NCBI GenBank assembly: GCA_026686805.1
Contig: GCA_026686805.1_3949.1
DNA from: a phage
Strand: one strand, 5' to 3'
Length of the DNA: 52,601 nt
Shown here: piece by piece, positions 24,235 to 39,032 of the stretch
Numbering within the stretch: position 1 is the stretch's first letter
Layout of the letters: the number at the start of each line of letters is the position of its first letter
Notes under the pieces: generated by a model
Told to the model about the DNA's origin: nothing
Databases searched by the model: none
Seen by the model: only the letters and a program-made list of their open reading frames with translations
Translations under genes and position numbers: made by a program

Positions 24235-25341
24235 ATGTTGACTAATTCTGAAAAAAGCAGATTTTTCCTTGCTGACCTGACTGGTGAAGTCCAGTCTATC
24301 CCAAATACTTATGGGTATATTTCCAACTTAGGTCTGTTCCGTTCAGCACCAATCACCCAAACTACTTTCCTTATGGACTTGACTGATTGGGATGTTAGCT
24401 TGCTTGATGCGGTAGACCGTGATAGCCGTAAAGCAGAGACTAGCGCACCTGAGCGTGTTCGTCAAATCAGCTTCCCAATGATGTACTTCAAAGAAGTTGA
24501 AAGCATTACTCCTGATGAAATTCAGGGTGTACGTCAGCCAGGCACTGCAAACGAACTGACTACTGAAGCTGTAGTACGTGCTAAGAAGCTGATGAAGATT
24601 CGTACCAAGTTCGATATTACTCGTGAGTTCCTGTTTATGCAAGCTCTGAAGGGTAAAGTTGTTGATGCTCGTGGTACTCTGTATGCTGACCTGTACAAGC
24701 AGTTCGACGTTGAGAAGAAGACTGTTTACTTCGACCTTGACAACCCTAATGCTGACATCGACGCTTCTATTGAAGAACTGCGTATGCACATGGAAGACGA
24801 AGCTAAGACTGGCACTGTAATCAACGGTGAAGAAATTCACGTAGTTGTTGACCGCTTATTCTTCAGCAAACTGGTTAAGCATCCTAAGATTCGTGACGCT
24901 TATCTTGCACAACAGACTCCACTGGCTTGGCAACAGATTACTGGTTCTCTGAGAACTGGTGGCACTGACGGCGTTCAGGCTCACATGAACACTTTCTACT
25001 ACGGTGGTGTTAAGTTTGTCCAGTACAACGGTAAGTTCAAAGACAAGCGTGGTAAGGTTCACACTCTGGTGAGCATTGATAGCGTAGCGGCAACTGTTGG
25101 TGTCGGTCATGCTTTCCCTAACGTTTCTATGCTGGGCGAAGCAAACAACATCTTCGAAGTGGCATATGGTCCATGTCCTAAGATGGGTTATGCCAATACA
25201 CTTGGTCAGGAACTGTACGTATTCGAATACGAAAAAGACCGTGACGAAGGTATTGACTTTGAAGCTCACTCTTACATGCTGCCATACTGCACACGTCCTC
25301 AGTTGTTGGTAGACGTTCGTTCTGACGCTAAACCAGACTAA
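24235..25341 (+). CDS. major capsid protein (putative)
   Basis: 368-aa ORF following protease/scaffold gene with strong RBS region; assignment by synteny. Confidence 0.55.
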   Translation: MLTNSEKSRFFLADLTGEVQSIPNTYGYISNLGLFRSAPITQTTFLMDLTDWDVSLLDAVDRDSRKAETSAPERVRQISFPMMYFKEVESITPDEIQGVRQPGTANELTTEAVVRAKKLMKIRTKFDITREFLFMQALKGKVVDARGTLYADLYKQFDVEKKTVYFDLDNPNADIDASIEELRMHMEDEAKTGTVINGEEIHVVVDRLFFSKLVKHPKIRDAYLAQQTPLAWQQITGSLRTGGTDGVQAHMNTFYYGGVKFVQYNGKFKDKRGKVHTLVSIDSVAATVGVGHAFPNVSMLGEANNIFEVAYGPCPKMGYANTLGQELYVFEYEKDRDEGIDFEAHSYMLPYCTRPQLLVDVRSDAKPD

Positions 25342-25362
25342 TATTCTTAAGGAGGGTTATGA

Positions 25363-25812
25363 ATGTGTTATACAGGCGACCCAGCCAATAACCCTCTTGA
25401 TAGAGTAAGAATCCTCTGCACAGACACCAATAATGATGAAATTCTTATTGAACAGTCTGTGCTAGAGTGGTTCTATCTAGAATCTGGAAAGGATGAAAAG
25501 AAAGCAGCCATCAAAGCTCTTAAATATTTACTCTTTCAAGTAGCCAAGATGGGAGATGAGAAGGTTGGTGGTGTTTATTTACGTAACTCTTCCAGATTCA
25601 AATCTCTGAAAGCTGTTTATGACGACCTTGTTAAAAGCTCTGTTTCAGGACTACCCTATGCAGGTGGTATTAATCAGTGTGATATTGATATGCGTCGTCA
25701 GAATCCTTGCTCTGTCAAGAAATACACAGAATATGGTGATGCTGCCAGATACGAAGGCAGAGATTACTGCAACCGTGTTAATGGCGTATTTATTATCGAG
25801 CGAGATGAATAA
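25363..25812 (+). CDS. hypothetical protein (head-tail joining region)
   Basis: ORF with AGGAGGG RBS. Confidence 0.5.
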   Translation: MCYTGDPANNPLDRVRILCTDTNNDEILIEQSVLEWFYLESGKDEKKAAIKALKYLLFQVAKMGDEKVGGVYLRNSSRFKSLKAVYDDLVKSSVSGLPYAGGINQCDIDMRRQNPCSVKKYTEYGDAARYEGRDYCNRVNGVFIIERDE

Positions 25813-26294
25813 TGGTTAAAAGGGTTATTCACCCCGCTAGAGCAAAATTAGTCGGGGCTATGAAGAACTTGCAAACGGCTAATGCTCAAGTTGGGTATTT
25901 TCAAGAACAAGGTCAACATAGCTCTGGTTTTTCTTATCCTGCTTTAATGTATTTACAAGAAGTTATTGGGGTTCCTTCAGCTTCTGGTAAAGTATATCGT
26001 AGGTTGTTTGAAATCACTATGATGCTAAACAAACAGACCTTGTTAGAGCAGACTAAGAAGAATCTATATAAGCAACTTAGCAGTCTCAACACAGACCCTT
26101 CAAATACCTTAGAAGCATTTGCAAAGAATGCTCAAAAGGCAATTAAAAGAGGTTTTGGTAATTCTGCTATCCTCCCTCCTAACGCACCTTCCACAGTCAA
26201 GAAAAAAGGCTTTAATGCACCTCTTGTTGAGACAGGTGACTTAAGAGATAACCTTGCTTATAAAATTTCTACTAAGAAGGGTATTAAGAAATGA
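25812..26294 (+). CDS. hypothetical protein (head-tail joining region)
   Basis: ORF from track, start overlaps preceding stop. Confidence 0.45.
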   Translation: MVKRVIHPARAKLVGAMKNLQTANAQVGYFQEQGQHSSGFSYPALMYLQEVIGVPSASGKVYRRLFEITMMLNKQTLLEQTKKNLYKQLSSLNTDPSNTLEAFAKNAQKAIKRGFGNSAILPPNAPSTVKKKGFNAPLVETGDLRDNLAYKISTKKGIKK

Positions 26295-26692
26295 GACTCT
26301 TAAACAGACACAGCTTTGTAGTAAAGCGTAAAGTCTCTGAAGACGGTTATTACAATGATGATGGTGATTGGGTAGCTTCACAAGATATTGTAGAGGTTAA
26401 CTGCAAAGGTAATATCCAGCCATATATCAAAGGTTCTGTAAAGAATGGTACACAGATTGCTTTACCGGAAGGTATCAGGCTTACCGATACAAGAATCCTG
26501 TATACTACATATAAACTTAGAACTTCAGATGATGTAGAGTGGAATGAGTCTGACATTGTTATGATTGATGGCCATGAGTATGAAGTATTTATGACTATGG
26601 ATTGGTCACAACAATTAGCCCATACGTCCCATTATGAATATATCATTATTAGAAGGGATAAAATGAATGCAGTTAGAAACAGCAGAACTTGA
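26291..26692 (+). CDS. hypothetical protein (head-tail joining region)
   Basis: ORF from track. Confidence 0.45.
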   Translation: MRLLNRHSFVVKRKVSEDGYYNDDGDWVASQDIVEVNCKGNIQPYIKGSVKNGTQIALPEGIRLTDTRILYTTYKLRTSDDVEWNESDIVMIDGHEYEVFMTMDWSQQLAHTSHYEYIIIRRDKMNAVRNSRT

Positions 26693-27266
26693 AAAAGGTC
26701 TAGTTAGAACCTTAGTGGATGTTATTGGTCACAGACTAGCTCGTGATAAAAATAATAGACCAAACGTAATTAGAGCTTACCCTTCTGATAACTCAAATGA
26801 CAAAGGTTTAAAACCTGACCAGCCATTTATTACCGTATATTGTCAAGATGCTGCAACACCTTATGGTTGGGTTCTTGATAAGTTTGTTGAGGATGATGTA
26901 GTTTGCTACAGAATTGCTTTTCAGATTCCTGTACTAATTACGGTGAATGGTAAAGGTGCTCACAGCATCATGCTTGAGCTTAAACAACGATTAGAGATGA
27001 GTTCAGTCAGGGATTTAATTCTTGAAGAGACAGGAGCTACAGTTTTAGACACTGGAGCTATCCCAAATGACTATACTTATCTTAATACAGATTTCGAAAA
27101 TTCTGCGCCTCTTGTTGTAACTCTTGTAAAAAATTCAGTCCTGAAAGATGAACGTGGAGGTATTATTGAACGTGTCATTGTTGATGGTGAATTAGTTTAC
27201 GAAGAAGGACAAGAGCCACCAGAATATACTATCCATCTAGATGTAGACTCCAAAGGGGTAAAATAA
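26667..27266 (+). CDS. hypothetical protein (head-tail joining region)
   Basis: ORF from track. Confidence 0.45.
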   Translation: MQLETAELEKGLVRTLVDVIGHRLARDKNNRPNVIRAYPSDNSNDKGLKPDQPFITVYCQDAATPYGWVLDKFVEDDVVCYRIAFQIPVLITVNGKGAHSIMLELKQRLEMSSVRDLILEETGATVLDTGAIPNDYTYLNTDFENSAPLVVTLVKNSVLKDERGGIIERVIVDGELVYEEGQEPPEYTIHLDVDSKGVK

Positions 27267-28619
27267 ATGTGGAATCCAATTGTTAATGTAGATATTACAT
27301 TGAACACCGCAGGAACTACAAGAGAAGGTTTTGGGCTGCCACTATTTTTAGCTTCAACAGATAACTTTGAAGAAAGAGTCCGTGGTTACACTTCCTTAAC
27401 TGAAGTTGCTGAAGATTTCGATGAAAACTCTGCTGCATATAAGGCTGCTAAACAACTTTGGAGTCAGACTCCTAAAGTAACTCAGCTTTATATTGGTAGA
27501 CGTGCTATGCAGTACACTGTATCAATTCCTGATGAGGTTACTGAGAGCACTGATTATTCTTTAACTGTAGCTGTTAGTGGTGGAGTTTCTCAGCCATTCC
27601 AGTACACTTCACAGTCAGAAGATACTGCTGAGAAGGTGTTACAGCAGCTTAAAACACAGATTGAAGCAGAACCTTCTGTAAAAGACCTTGTTACCGTTAA
27701 TGTAACTGGTTCTGGCGGTTCAGCAACAATGGTAATTACCAAAGCTGGTGACAATGACTTCGTGAAGGTGACTTCTACAGCACAAACAGTATCAATTGCA
27801 AGTACTACTGCTGACACAGCATCGACTGCTCTGGCAGCTATTGAAGCTTACTCAACTGACTGGTATTTCATTGCAGCAGAAGACAGAACTCAACAGTTTG
27901 TCTTAGCAATGGCTTCTGAGATTCAAGCTCGTAAGAAAATTTTCTTTACAGCTAACTCTGATGTAACAGCCCTACAAGGTACAGAATTAGCTAGTGCAAA
28001 TGATGTTCCAGCACAGCTTGCTAAGAGTCAGTACACTCGTACCGTTTGCTTGTGGCATCACACAGCAGCAGAAGACTATCCAGAAATGGCATACATTGCT
28101 TATGGTGCTCCGTATGATGCAGGTTCAATTGCTTGGGGTAATGCACAGTTAACTGGCGTAGCTGCTTCTCTACAGCCATCTAATCAGAGACCTCTGACGA
28201 GTATTCAGAAGTCAGCTTTAGATGCACGTCACTGTAACTTTATTGACCTTGATGGTGGTGTTCCAGTGGTTCGTAGAGGGATTACTTCTGGTGGGGAATG
28301 GATTGATATCATCCGTGGTGTTGACTGGTTAGAATCAGACCTGAAAACTTCTCTGAGAGACTTGCTAATTAACCAGAAGGGTGGTAAGATTACTTATGAT
28401 GATACTGGTATTACCCGTATTCGTCAAGTCATTGAAACCTCTCTGCAAAGAGCAGTCAACAGAAACTTCCTGTCATCTTACACAGTTAATGTTCCTAAAG
28501 CCTCTCAAGTTGCTTTGGCAGACAAGAAAGCTCGTATCCTGAAAGACGTTACCTTCTCAGGTATCTTAGCAGGGGCTATCTTGGATGTTGACTTGAAAGG
28601 TACAGTGGCTTACGAATAA
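27267..28619 (+). CDS. tail sheath protein (putative)
   Basis: 450-aa ORF directly upstream of a ~150-aa tube-sized gene, chaperones and tape measure (canonical contractile-tail order). Confidence 0.5.
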   Translation: MWNPIVNVDITLNTAGTTREGFGLPLFLASTDNFEERVRGYTSLTEVAEDFDENSAAYKAAKQLWSQTPKVTQLYIGRRAMQYTVSIPDEVTESTDYSLTVAVSGGVSQPFQYTSQSEDTAEKVLQQLKTQIEAEPSVKDLVTVNVTGSGGSATMVITKAGDNDFVKVTSTAQTVSIASTTADTASTALAAIEAYSTDWYFIAAEDRTQQFVLAMASEIQARKKIFFTANSDVTALQGTELASANDVPAQLAKSQYTRTVCLWHHTAAEDYPEMAYIAYGAPYDAGSIAWGNAQLTGVAASLQPSNQRPLTSIQKSALDARHCNFIDLDGGVPVVRRGITSGGEWIDIIRGVDWLESDLKTSLRDLLINQKGGKITYDDTGITRIRQVIETSLQRAVNRNFLSSYTVNVPKASQVALADKKARILKDVTFSGILAGAILDVDLKGTVAYE

Positions 28620-28634
28620 TAGAGGTAAATTGGA

Positions 28635-29081
28635 ATGGCTATGTATCAGCAATATTCCCCTAAAGACGTTGTGTGTAGCTGGAATGGTATTGCCATTGAA
28701 GGCTTTGCCCCAGACTCATTCTTACGTCTACAGAGAACATCACCACTTGTGACACCAGTTGTAGGTGCGGGTGGTCAAGTTGCTCTGACAAGAAATGCAG
28801 ACAAGACAGGCACTATTGAGATTGAGCTAATGCAGACTTCTCTCTCTAACCAGATGCTTTCTGCAATTCAAGCTAAACAAGACAATATGGAACTTGAAGA
28901 AGATATCTCTTCTAACTTCGTAATCTACGACCCATCAGGCTCTGTTCTGGCAACTGGTATTAATGCTTGGTTGCAGGAATTACCGCAGATTGAACTTGGT
29001 CGTGACCAGAACTCTAAAACTTGGATTTTTGGTTGTGAGAAGCTAGACTACACTTCTACAATTCCAGCGTCAAGTGTTTAA
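28635..29081 (+). CDS. tail tube protein (putative)
   Basis: 148-aa ORF between sheath-sized gene and terminator; synteny. Confidence 0.5.
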   Translation: MAMYQQYSPKDVVCSWNGIAIEGFAPDSFLRLQRTSPLVTPVVGAGGQVALTRNADKTGTIEIELMQTSLSNQMLSAIQAKQDNMELEEDISSNFVIYDPSGSVLATGINAWLQELPQIELGRDQNSKTWIFGCEKLDYTSTIPASSV

Positions 29082-29093
29082 TAAATCCTATAA

Positions 29094-29126
29094 GGGGGAG
29101 ACTTTAAAAGGTCTTCCCCTTTTTTG
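29094..29126 (+). terminator. intrinsic terminator after tube gene
   Basis: hairpin gggggagac...gtcttcccc followed by tttttgtttctttt. Confidence 0.55.
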
Positions 29127-29154
29127 TTTCTTTTAAAAGTATTAAGGAATCACA

Positions 29155-29553
29155 ATGAAAACAGAATCTAGAGTAATTAATGGTAAGAAAGTAAATATCG
29201 TTCTGCTTGGGGCAAGAGATGGTATTAAGATGTCTATGAAGTTGGGTAAAATTGTTGTTCCAACCTTTGCACAGATGCTGTCAAGTCTGACTGATAAAGA
29301 CAAGAAAGAAGCTCCAATGGTTCCATTTAAAGAACTTGTTGAAGCTTGTTTTGACAGAATTGAAGAAATTAACCTTGAAGAAATGGCTACATTACTATTT
29401 CAAGGGGCAACTGTCGATGACTTCCCACTTAATATTGATACGTACTTCCAAGCAAACTACGGTGAGTTTATTGATTACTTAGCATTTGCGCTGGAGGCAA
29501 ACTTCGGAAGTTTTTTCGAAGCAAGCATTTTCAAAAGCCTAACTTCTCAGTAA
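29155..29553 (+). CDS. tail assembly chaperone (putative)
   Basis: 132-aa acidic ORF immediately upstream of tape measure gene. Confidence 0.45.
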   Translation: MKTESRVINGKKVNIVLLGARDGIKMSMKLGKIVVPTFAQMLSSLTDKDKKEAPMVPFKELVEACFDRIEEINLEEMATLLFQGATVDDFPLNIDTYFQANYGEFIDYLAFALEANFGSFFEASIFKSLTSQ

Positions 29554-29555
29554 AC

Positions 29556-29794
29556 ATGGGTAACACTCTACAGACACCACTAACTGATGCTGCTGTAGAG
29601 GCAACCTATGAAGAAGCAGACGAGATGAAATTTGTGCTTGCTATTTATGGTATGGAAGGGTGTAAAGAAACACTTGACCAACTCTTTGCTATGACATTCT
29701 CTGATTTATTATCATTGAGACAATTTCTTGAGATTCAGAGGTCGTATAAAGAGGAAATTGCTTACAACGAACTTAGAAGAGCAGGAAAAATGTA

Positions 29795-29795
<1 letters not shown>
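29556..29795 (+). CDS. hypothetical protein (79 aa; possible second chaperone)
   Basis: ORF from track. Confidence 0.4.
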
Positions 29796-35179
<5,384 letters not shown>

Positions 35180-35180
<1 letters not shown>

Positions 35181-36649
35181 TGGCAGGATTAACTACAACA
35201 GGATTACAAACTCTAAGATATCAGGAAATTTTTGATAATATCAAATCAAGACTTCTTAGAGATATTTCACCAAACCTTGACGTTTCTGAAGATAGCCAAT
35301 TAGGTCTCTTCCTAGCTTCAATTGCAAGGTCTTTAGCAGATACACATGAGATTCTATCAGAAATCTATGACGGCGGGACAATTGACAAGGCTGAAGGATT
35401 TAACCTTGATGATATTACAGCTTTGAATGCTGTATACAGATATGTTGCTCAGGCAACAAGGGGTCAGGTTGAGTTCACTGGAACAACTGGTGCTACCATC
35501 TCTTCAACAACAAGATTGAGAAGTACTGCTGGAAATATCTTTTATCCAGTTAACAATATTACCCTTACCCCATCATATTGTGTTGAAGCTGTTCTTGAAG
35601 TTAACTCTTTACGAACTGATGCAGATTATGTTATTATTATTGATAACATTATTTTCTCATATAAACCAACCTCATCAGACACAATTACCACACTACTAAC
35701 TAAATTAGCAGAGGCTATTAATGGTGGTATTGTAGCAAAAGCAGAAGTTATCAATGATGGAGCCTCATTAAGAATCTATAAAGACGAGGGTGATATCATT
35801 GCAAGAACAAACCCTATGGTTGTTACTGCGACAACGTTTCTGACCTTTACAAAGATTACAACTATCTCAGATGTAGTGGCTGAAGAGGTTGGTGCTATTC
35901 CTGCTTTAGCTGGGACTCTTATTGAGATTGAGACAACTGTTGATGGTCTTGACAGCATCTATAACAGGTATGACTTAACAACTGGTAGAAACGAAGAAAC
36001 TGACACAGAACTTAGACAGAGATATTTAGAATCCTTAGCAGTTACTGGTGTAGGGACTTTGGATGCAATTGTAGCTGCTGTTAAAAGAGTTCAAGGGGTC
36101 TCAGATGCTTCAGGTGTTGAAAATGATACTGAAGAGACGGACTCAGAAGGTCTTCCACCAAAATCTTTTAAGATTGTCGTAGTTGGTGGTCAAAATGATA
36201 ATGTTGCTCAAGCAATCTGGGATACAAAACCTGCTGGTATTAGGGCTTATGGCTCAATTTTTGGTACAGCCCATGATTTAGGTGGTTTAGCACATAATAT
36301 TTATTTTAGCAGACCAACACCAAAATACGCATTTGTTAAAGTCTCTTACTCTTTATATGACGAAGAGAGCTTGACAATCCCTGAAGAGGATATCAGAGAC
36401 AGTATTGTACAAGGTATTAATGCCTACGGAAGAACTCTTAAGGTTGGTAATGACGTTATCCCTAACAGAATCTACGGATATATCTATGACGTAATTAAAG
36501 GTATTGAGATTAACGAGGTTAAAGTAGCCTTATCAAACAGCCAATCAGTTCCACCTAGTGACGGACAATATACTACAGCAAGAATTACTGTTGACGGTGA
36601 CCAATATACTGTTTGGGAAAGCAGCCAGTATACCATCACTAAGGAGTAA
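35180..36649 (+). CDS. baseplate J-like protein (putative)
   Basis: 489-aa ORF in baseplate cluster; synteny. Confidence 0.45.
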
Positions 36650-36651
36650 CA

Positions 36652-37506
36652 ATGTTTGAAAAGATTGATAGTGTTTATTATAAAACACTTGATGAAAGAA
36701 CTGTAACACAGTTTAAAGATAAGTTTATCTATACAAGCATCTTGAAAGCAATCACTGATGAGCTACAAACCTTAGAAGATGTTTGCTGGCAAATGCACAC
36801 AGAGAGGAATATTAGGACGTCAGTAGGCCAACAACTTGATAATATTGGCTCACTGATTAAAGTTCCTAGACCTTTAGGTGCTGATGATGAAACATATAGA
36901 GCTATGCTTTATATCCAAATCTTCCTAAGACGTTCTGACACTACTCCAACATTCTTGCAAAAAGCAATTATGACATTGTATGGTGCAACTTTCTCTCAGA
37001 TTTTTGAGCATATTACCCCTAAGACTGGTGGTATCGTTATCCGTATTAACACCAGAAGAAGCGTTCTTGATGCTGCATATACACTGTCAAAGATTTCTGC
37101 AACAACCACTGGTTCCGCTGTTATCTTAAGAGATGTTACTTTAAATGGGACTGCTTGGACACCTGTAGAGGTTGCTGATTCATCACTTGCTATTGTTGAT
37201 GATAAAGAGAACTGGTTTGTAACTGATGCTAACAGAGGTCTGGTCACAAATAACACTGGCGGCTCTCTGGAGTCCAACCTAGTAGGGAGTCTTGCAGATG
37301 CTGGTGTTATTGATGGTTACTTTAAGGTTGACAGAACAGCAAACTCGCAGAGCGATGATTATATGACTGTAGATAGGTCTAATAATAGCGGCTATTTCAT
37401 TGCTGGTAAAGAAGCTATTGCAGGTAGTGCATATGGAATCATGGCTGAGGTTGCACAAATTGTCAAAGGCAGAAAAGATAAATCACAACAAGAAGGAAAT
37501 TCTTAA
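36652..37506 (+). CDS. baseplate/tail protein (gpI-like, putative)
   Basis: 284-aa ORF following J-like gene. Confidence 0.4.
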   Translation: MFEKIDSVYYKTLDERTVTQFKDKFIYTSILKAITDELQTLEDVCWQMHTERNIRTSVGQQLDNIGSLIKVPRPLGADDETYRAMLYIQIFLRRSDTTPTFLQKAIMTLYGATFSQIFEHITPKTGGIVIRINTRRSVLDAAYTLSKISATTTGSAVILRDVTLNGTAWTPVEVADSSLAIVDDKENWFVTDANRGLVTNNTGGSLESNLVGSLADAGVIDGYFKVDRTANSQSDDYMTVDRSNNSGYFIAGKEAIAGSAYGIMAEVAQIVKGRKDKSQQEGNS

Positions 37507-37808
37507 TGGCAGTTTTAAATTGGTCTACAAATGAAGTAGATACTGATGGTAATCAGTTAAAAGTTTTACCACCACCGGAAGTTCAAGAGACAGGTCTTTT
37601 AAAGGGTGAGCCTATGGGTAGACAGTGGTTCAACTATATTATCAACTACCTGCTGAATAAAGTAAATGGCACTGTTGGTGAAGTTCGTTCATATGCAACT
37701 GAGCAACCAGATTTAGTGGCTAATGGCTGGAACCTCATTAAGTCTGAGACAGGGACTGCATCAACAAGTACAAGAAACCTTTACACATATGAATATGTAG
37801 GAGCTTAA
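37506..37808 (+). CDS. hypothetical tail protein (100 aa)
   Basis: ORF from track. Confidence 0.4.
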   Translation: MAVLNWSTNEVDTDGNQLKVLPPPEVQETGLLKGEPMGRQWFNYIINYLLNKVNGTVGEVRSYATEQPDLVANGWNLIKSETGTASTSTRNLYTYEYVGA

Positions 37809-37810
37809 TA

Positions 37811-38986
37811 ATGGCAGTAGGTGAAATTCAAATTAGTGCCTTGCCACAAGCGGCCTTACCAATCGATTTGAGTGATATCTTCCACCTTAAGCAAGGTGTT
37901 GAGGATAAAAGATGTACGCTTGAGCAGTTGTTAGCACCTCACACATCTTTGAGGAATAACCCTCATGGTGTAACTAAATCACAAGTAGGTCTTGATAATG
38001 TTATTAACTCTCTTCAATTAGTTGCAGCTAATAACTTGTCAGACATTGTAAATGTTGCTGAGGCAAGAGCAAATCTACAAATTATGTCGTCAGAGGAAGT
38101 GAATAACTTAATTCAGCAACATATTGACGATAAAAGCAACCCACACAACACAACGAAAGCACAGGTTGGTTTAAGTAATGTTCAGAACTGGACAACATCT
38201 AATCTGTACAATGAAGATGCTGATAAGTATGCTACAGCGAGAGCAGTGAATAATCTATACAAAGCTATCCAAGCATCATATCCAGTGGGTACTATTCATC
38301 TATCTGTTAACTCTGCTAACCCATCCACTTACTTGCTTTGTGGAGGTACTTGGGAGTTAGTTTCTAAAGGTAGAGCACTAGTTGGTTATGATACAGATTC
38401 TAGACCTGTTGGTTCAACGTTTGGTTCTCAGACTGTAGCATTAACAAATAATAATTTACCAGCGCATACTCACTCTATCTATCTAACAGGTGGTGGTCAT
38501 ACACACTCTGCAAGTGTATCTATCTCTAGTTTTGATTATGGTTCAAAAAGTACATCAACTTTTGATTACGGTACAAAAACGACTAATAGTGCTGGTGCTC
38601 ACACTCACACGTTTAGTGGCACAACAAGTAATGCTGGTAACCACAACCATAGAGTCCCTATGAGGGGTAATGATAGGGGTGGCACAAACGCTATTACTGC
38701 ATCTGCTGATGCTGGTGTTGGTAATGCTATGTATACTGATTTAGCTGGTGCTCACACCCATAGCTTCTCAGGTACAACTGCATCATCTGGTGCTCATAGC
38801 CATACTGTCGCAATTGGTGCTCACAGCCACACTGTTAATATTGGTTCGCACAGTCATACAGGCACTGTTACTGTTTCTAGCTCTGAGCACACACACTCAG
38901 GGACATCTGGTTCTGTTGGTGGTGGTCAAGCTTTCAGTGTTGAGCAGCCATCTTTTGTAGTGTATGTGTGGCAGAGAACAGCTTAA
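37811..38986 (+). CDS. tail fiber protein with multiple HxH repeats
   Basis: C-terminal half contains repeated HTHS/HSHT/HNHR motifs and ends ...QAFSVEQPSFVVYVWQRTA, paralogous to the C-terminus of the next gene. Confidence 0.65.
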   Translation: MAVGEIQISALPQAALPIDLSDIFHLKQGVEDKRCTLEQLLAPHTSLRNNPHGVTKSQVGLDNVINSLQLVAANNLSDIVNVAEARANLQIMSSEEVNNLIQQHIDDKSNPHNTTKAQVGLSNVQNWTTSNLYNEDADKYATARAVNNLYKAIQASYPVGTIHLSVNSANPSTYLLCGGTWELVSKGRALVGYDTDSRPVGSTFGSQTVALTNNNLPAHTHSIYLTGGGHTHSASVSISSFDYGSKSTSTFDYGTKTTNSAGAHTHTFSGTTSNAGNHNHRVPMRGNDRGGTNAITASADAGVGNAMYTDLAGAHTHSFSGTTASSGAHSHTVAIGAHSHTVNIGSHSHTGTVTVSSSEHTHSGTSGSVGGGQAFSVEQPSFVVYVWQRTA

Positions 38987-38996
38987 TTTCTTTACA

Positions 38997-39018
38997 GGGG
39001 CTATAAAGCCCCTTTTAA
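38997..39018 (+). terminator. hairpin between the two tail fiber genes
   Basis: aggggc-tataaa-gcccct followed by ttttaag (short U tract). Confidence 0.3.
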
Positions 39019-39032
39019 GAGGAAAATTCATA

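Noticed and set aside
19603-27817. Minus-strand ORFs inside the morphogenesis module (e.g. 19603..19788, 20263..20505, 23395..23835, 24343..24840, 24856..25269, 27590..27817)
   Set aside because: Antisense to large co-directional structural genes with continuous coding signal; no supporting features.
38964-39032. Track start of the second tail fiber ORF at 38964
   Set aside because: That start overlaps the end of the previous fiber gene and the intergenic hairpin; ATG at 39033 has a proper RBS (aagaggaaaattcataATG).
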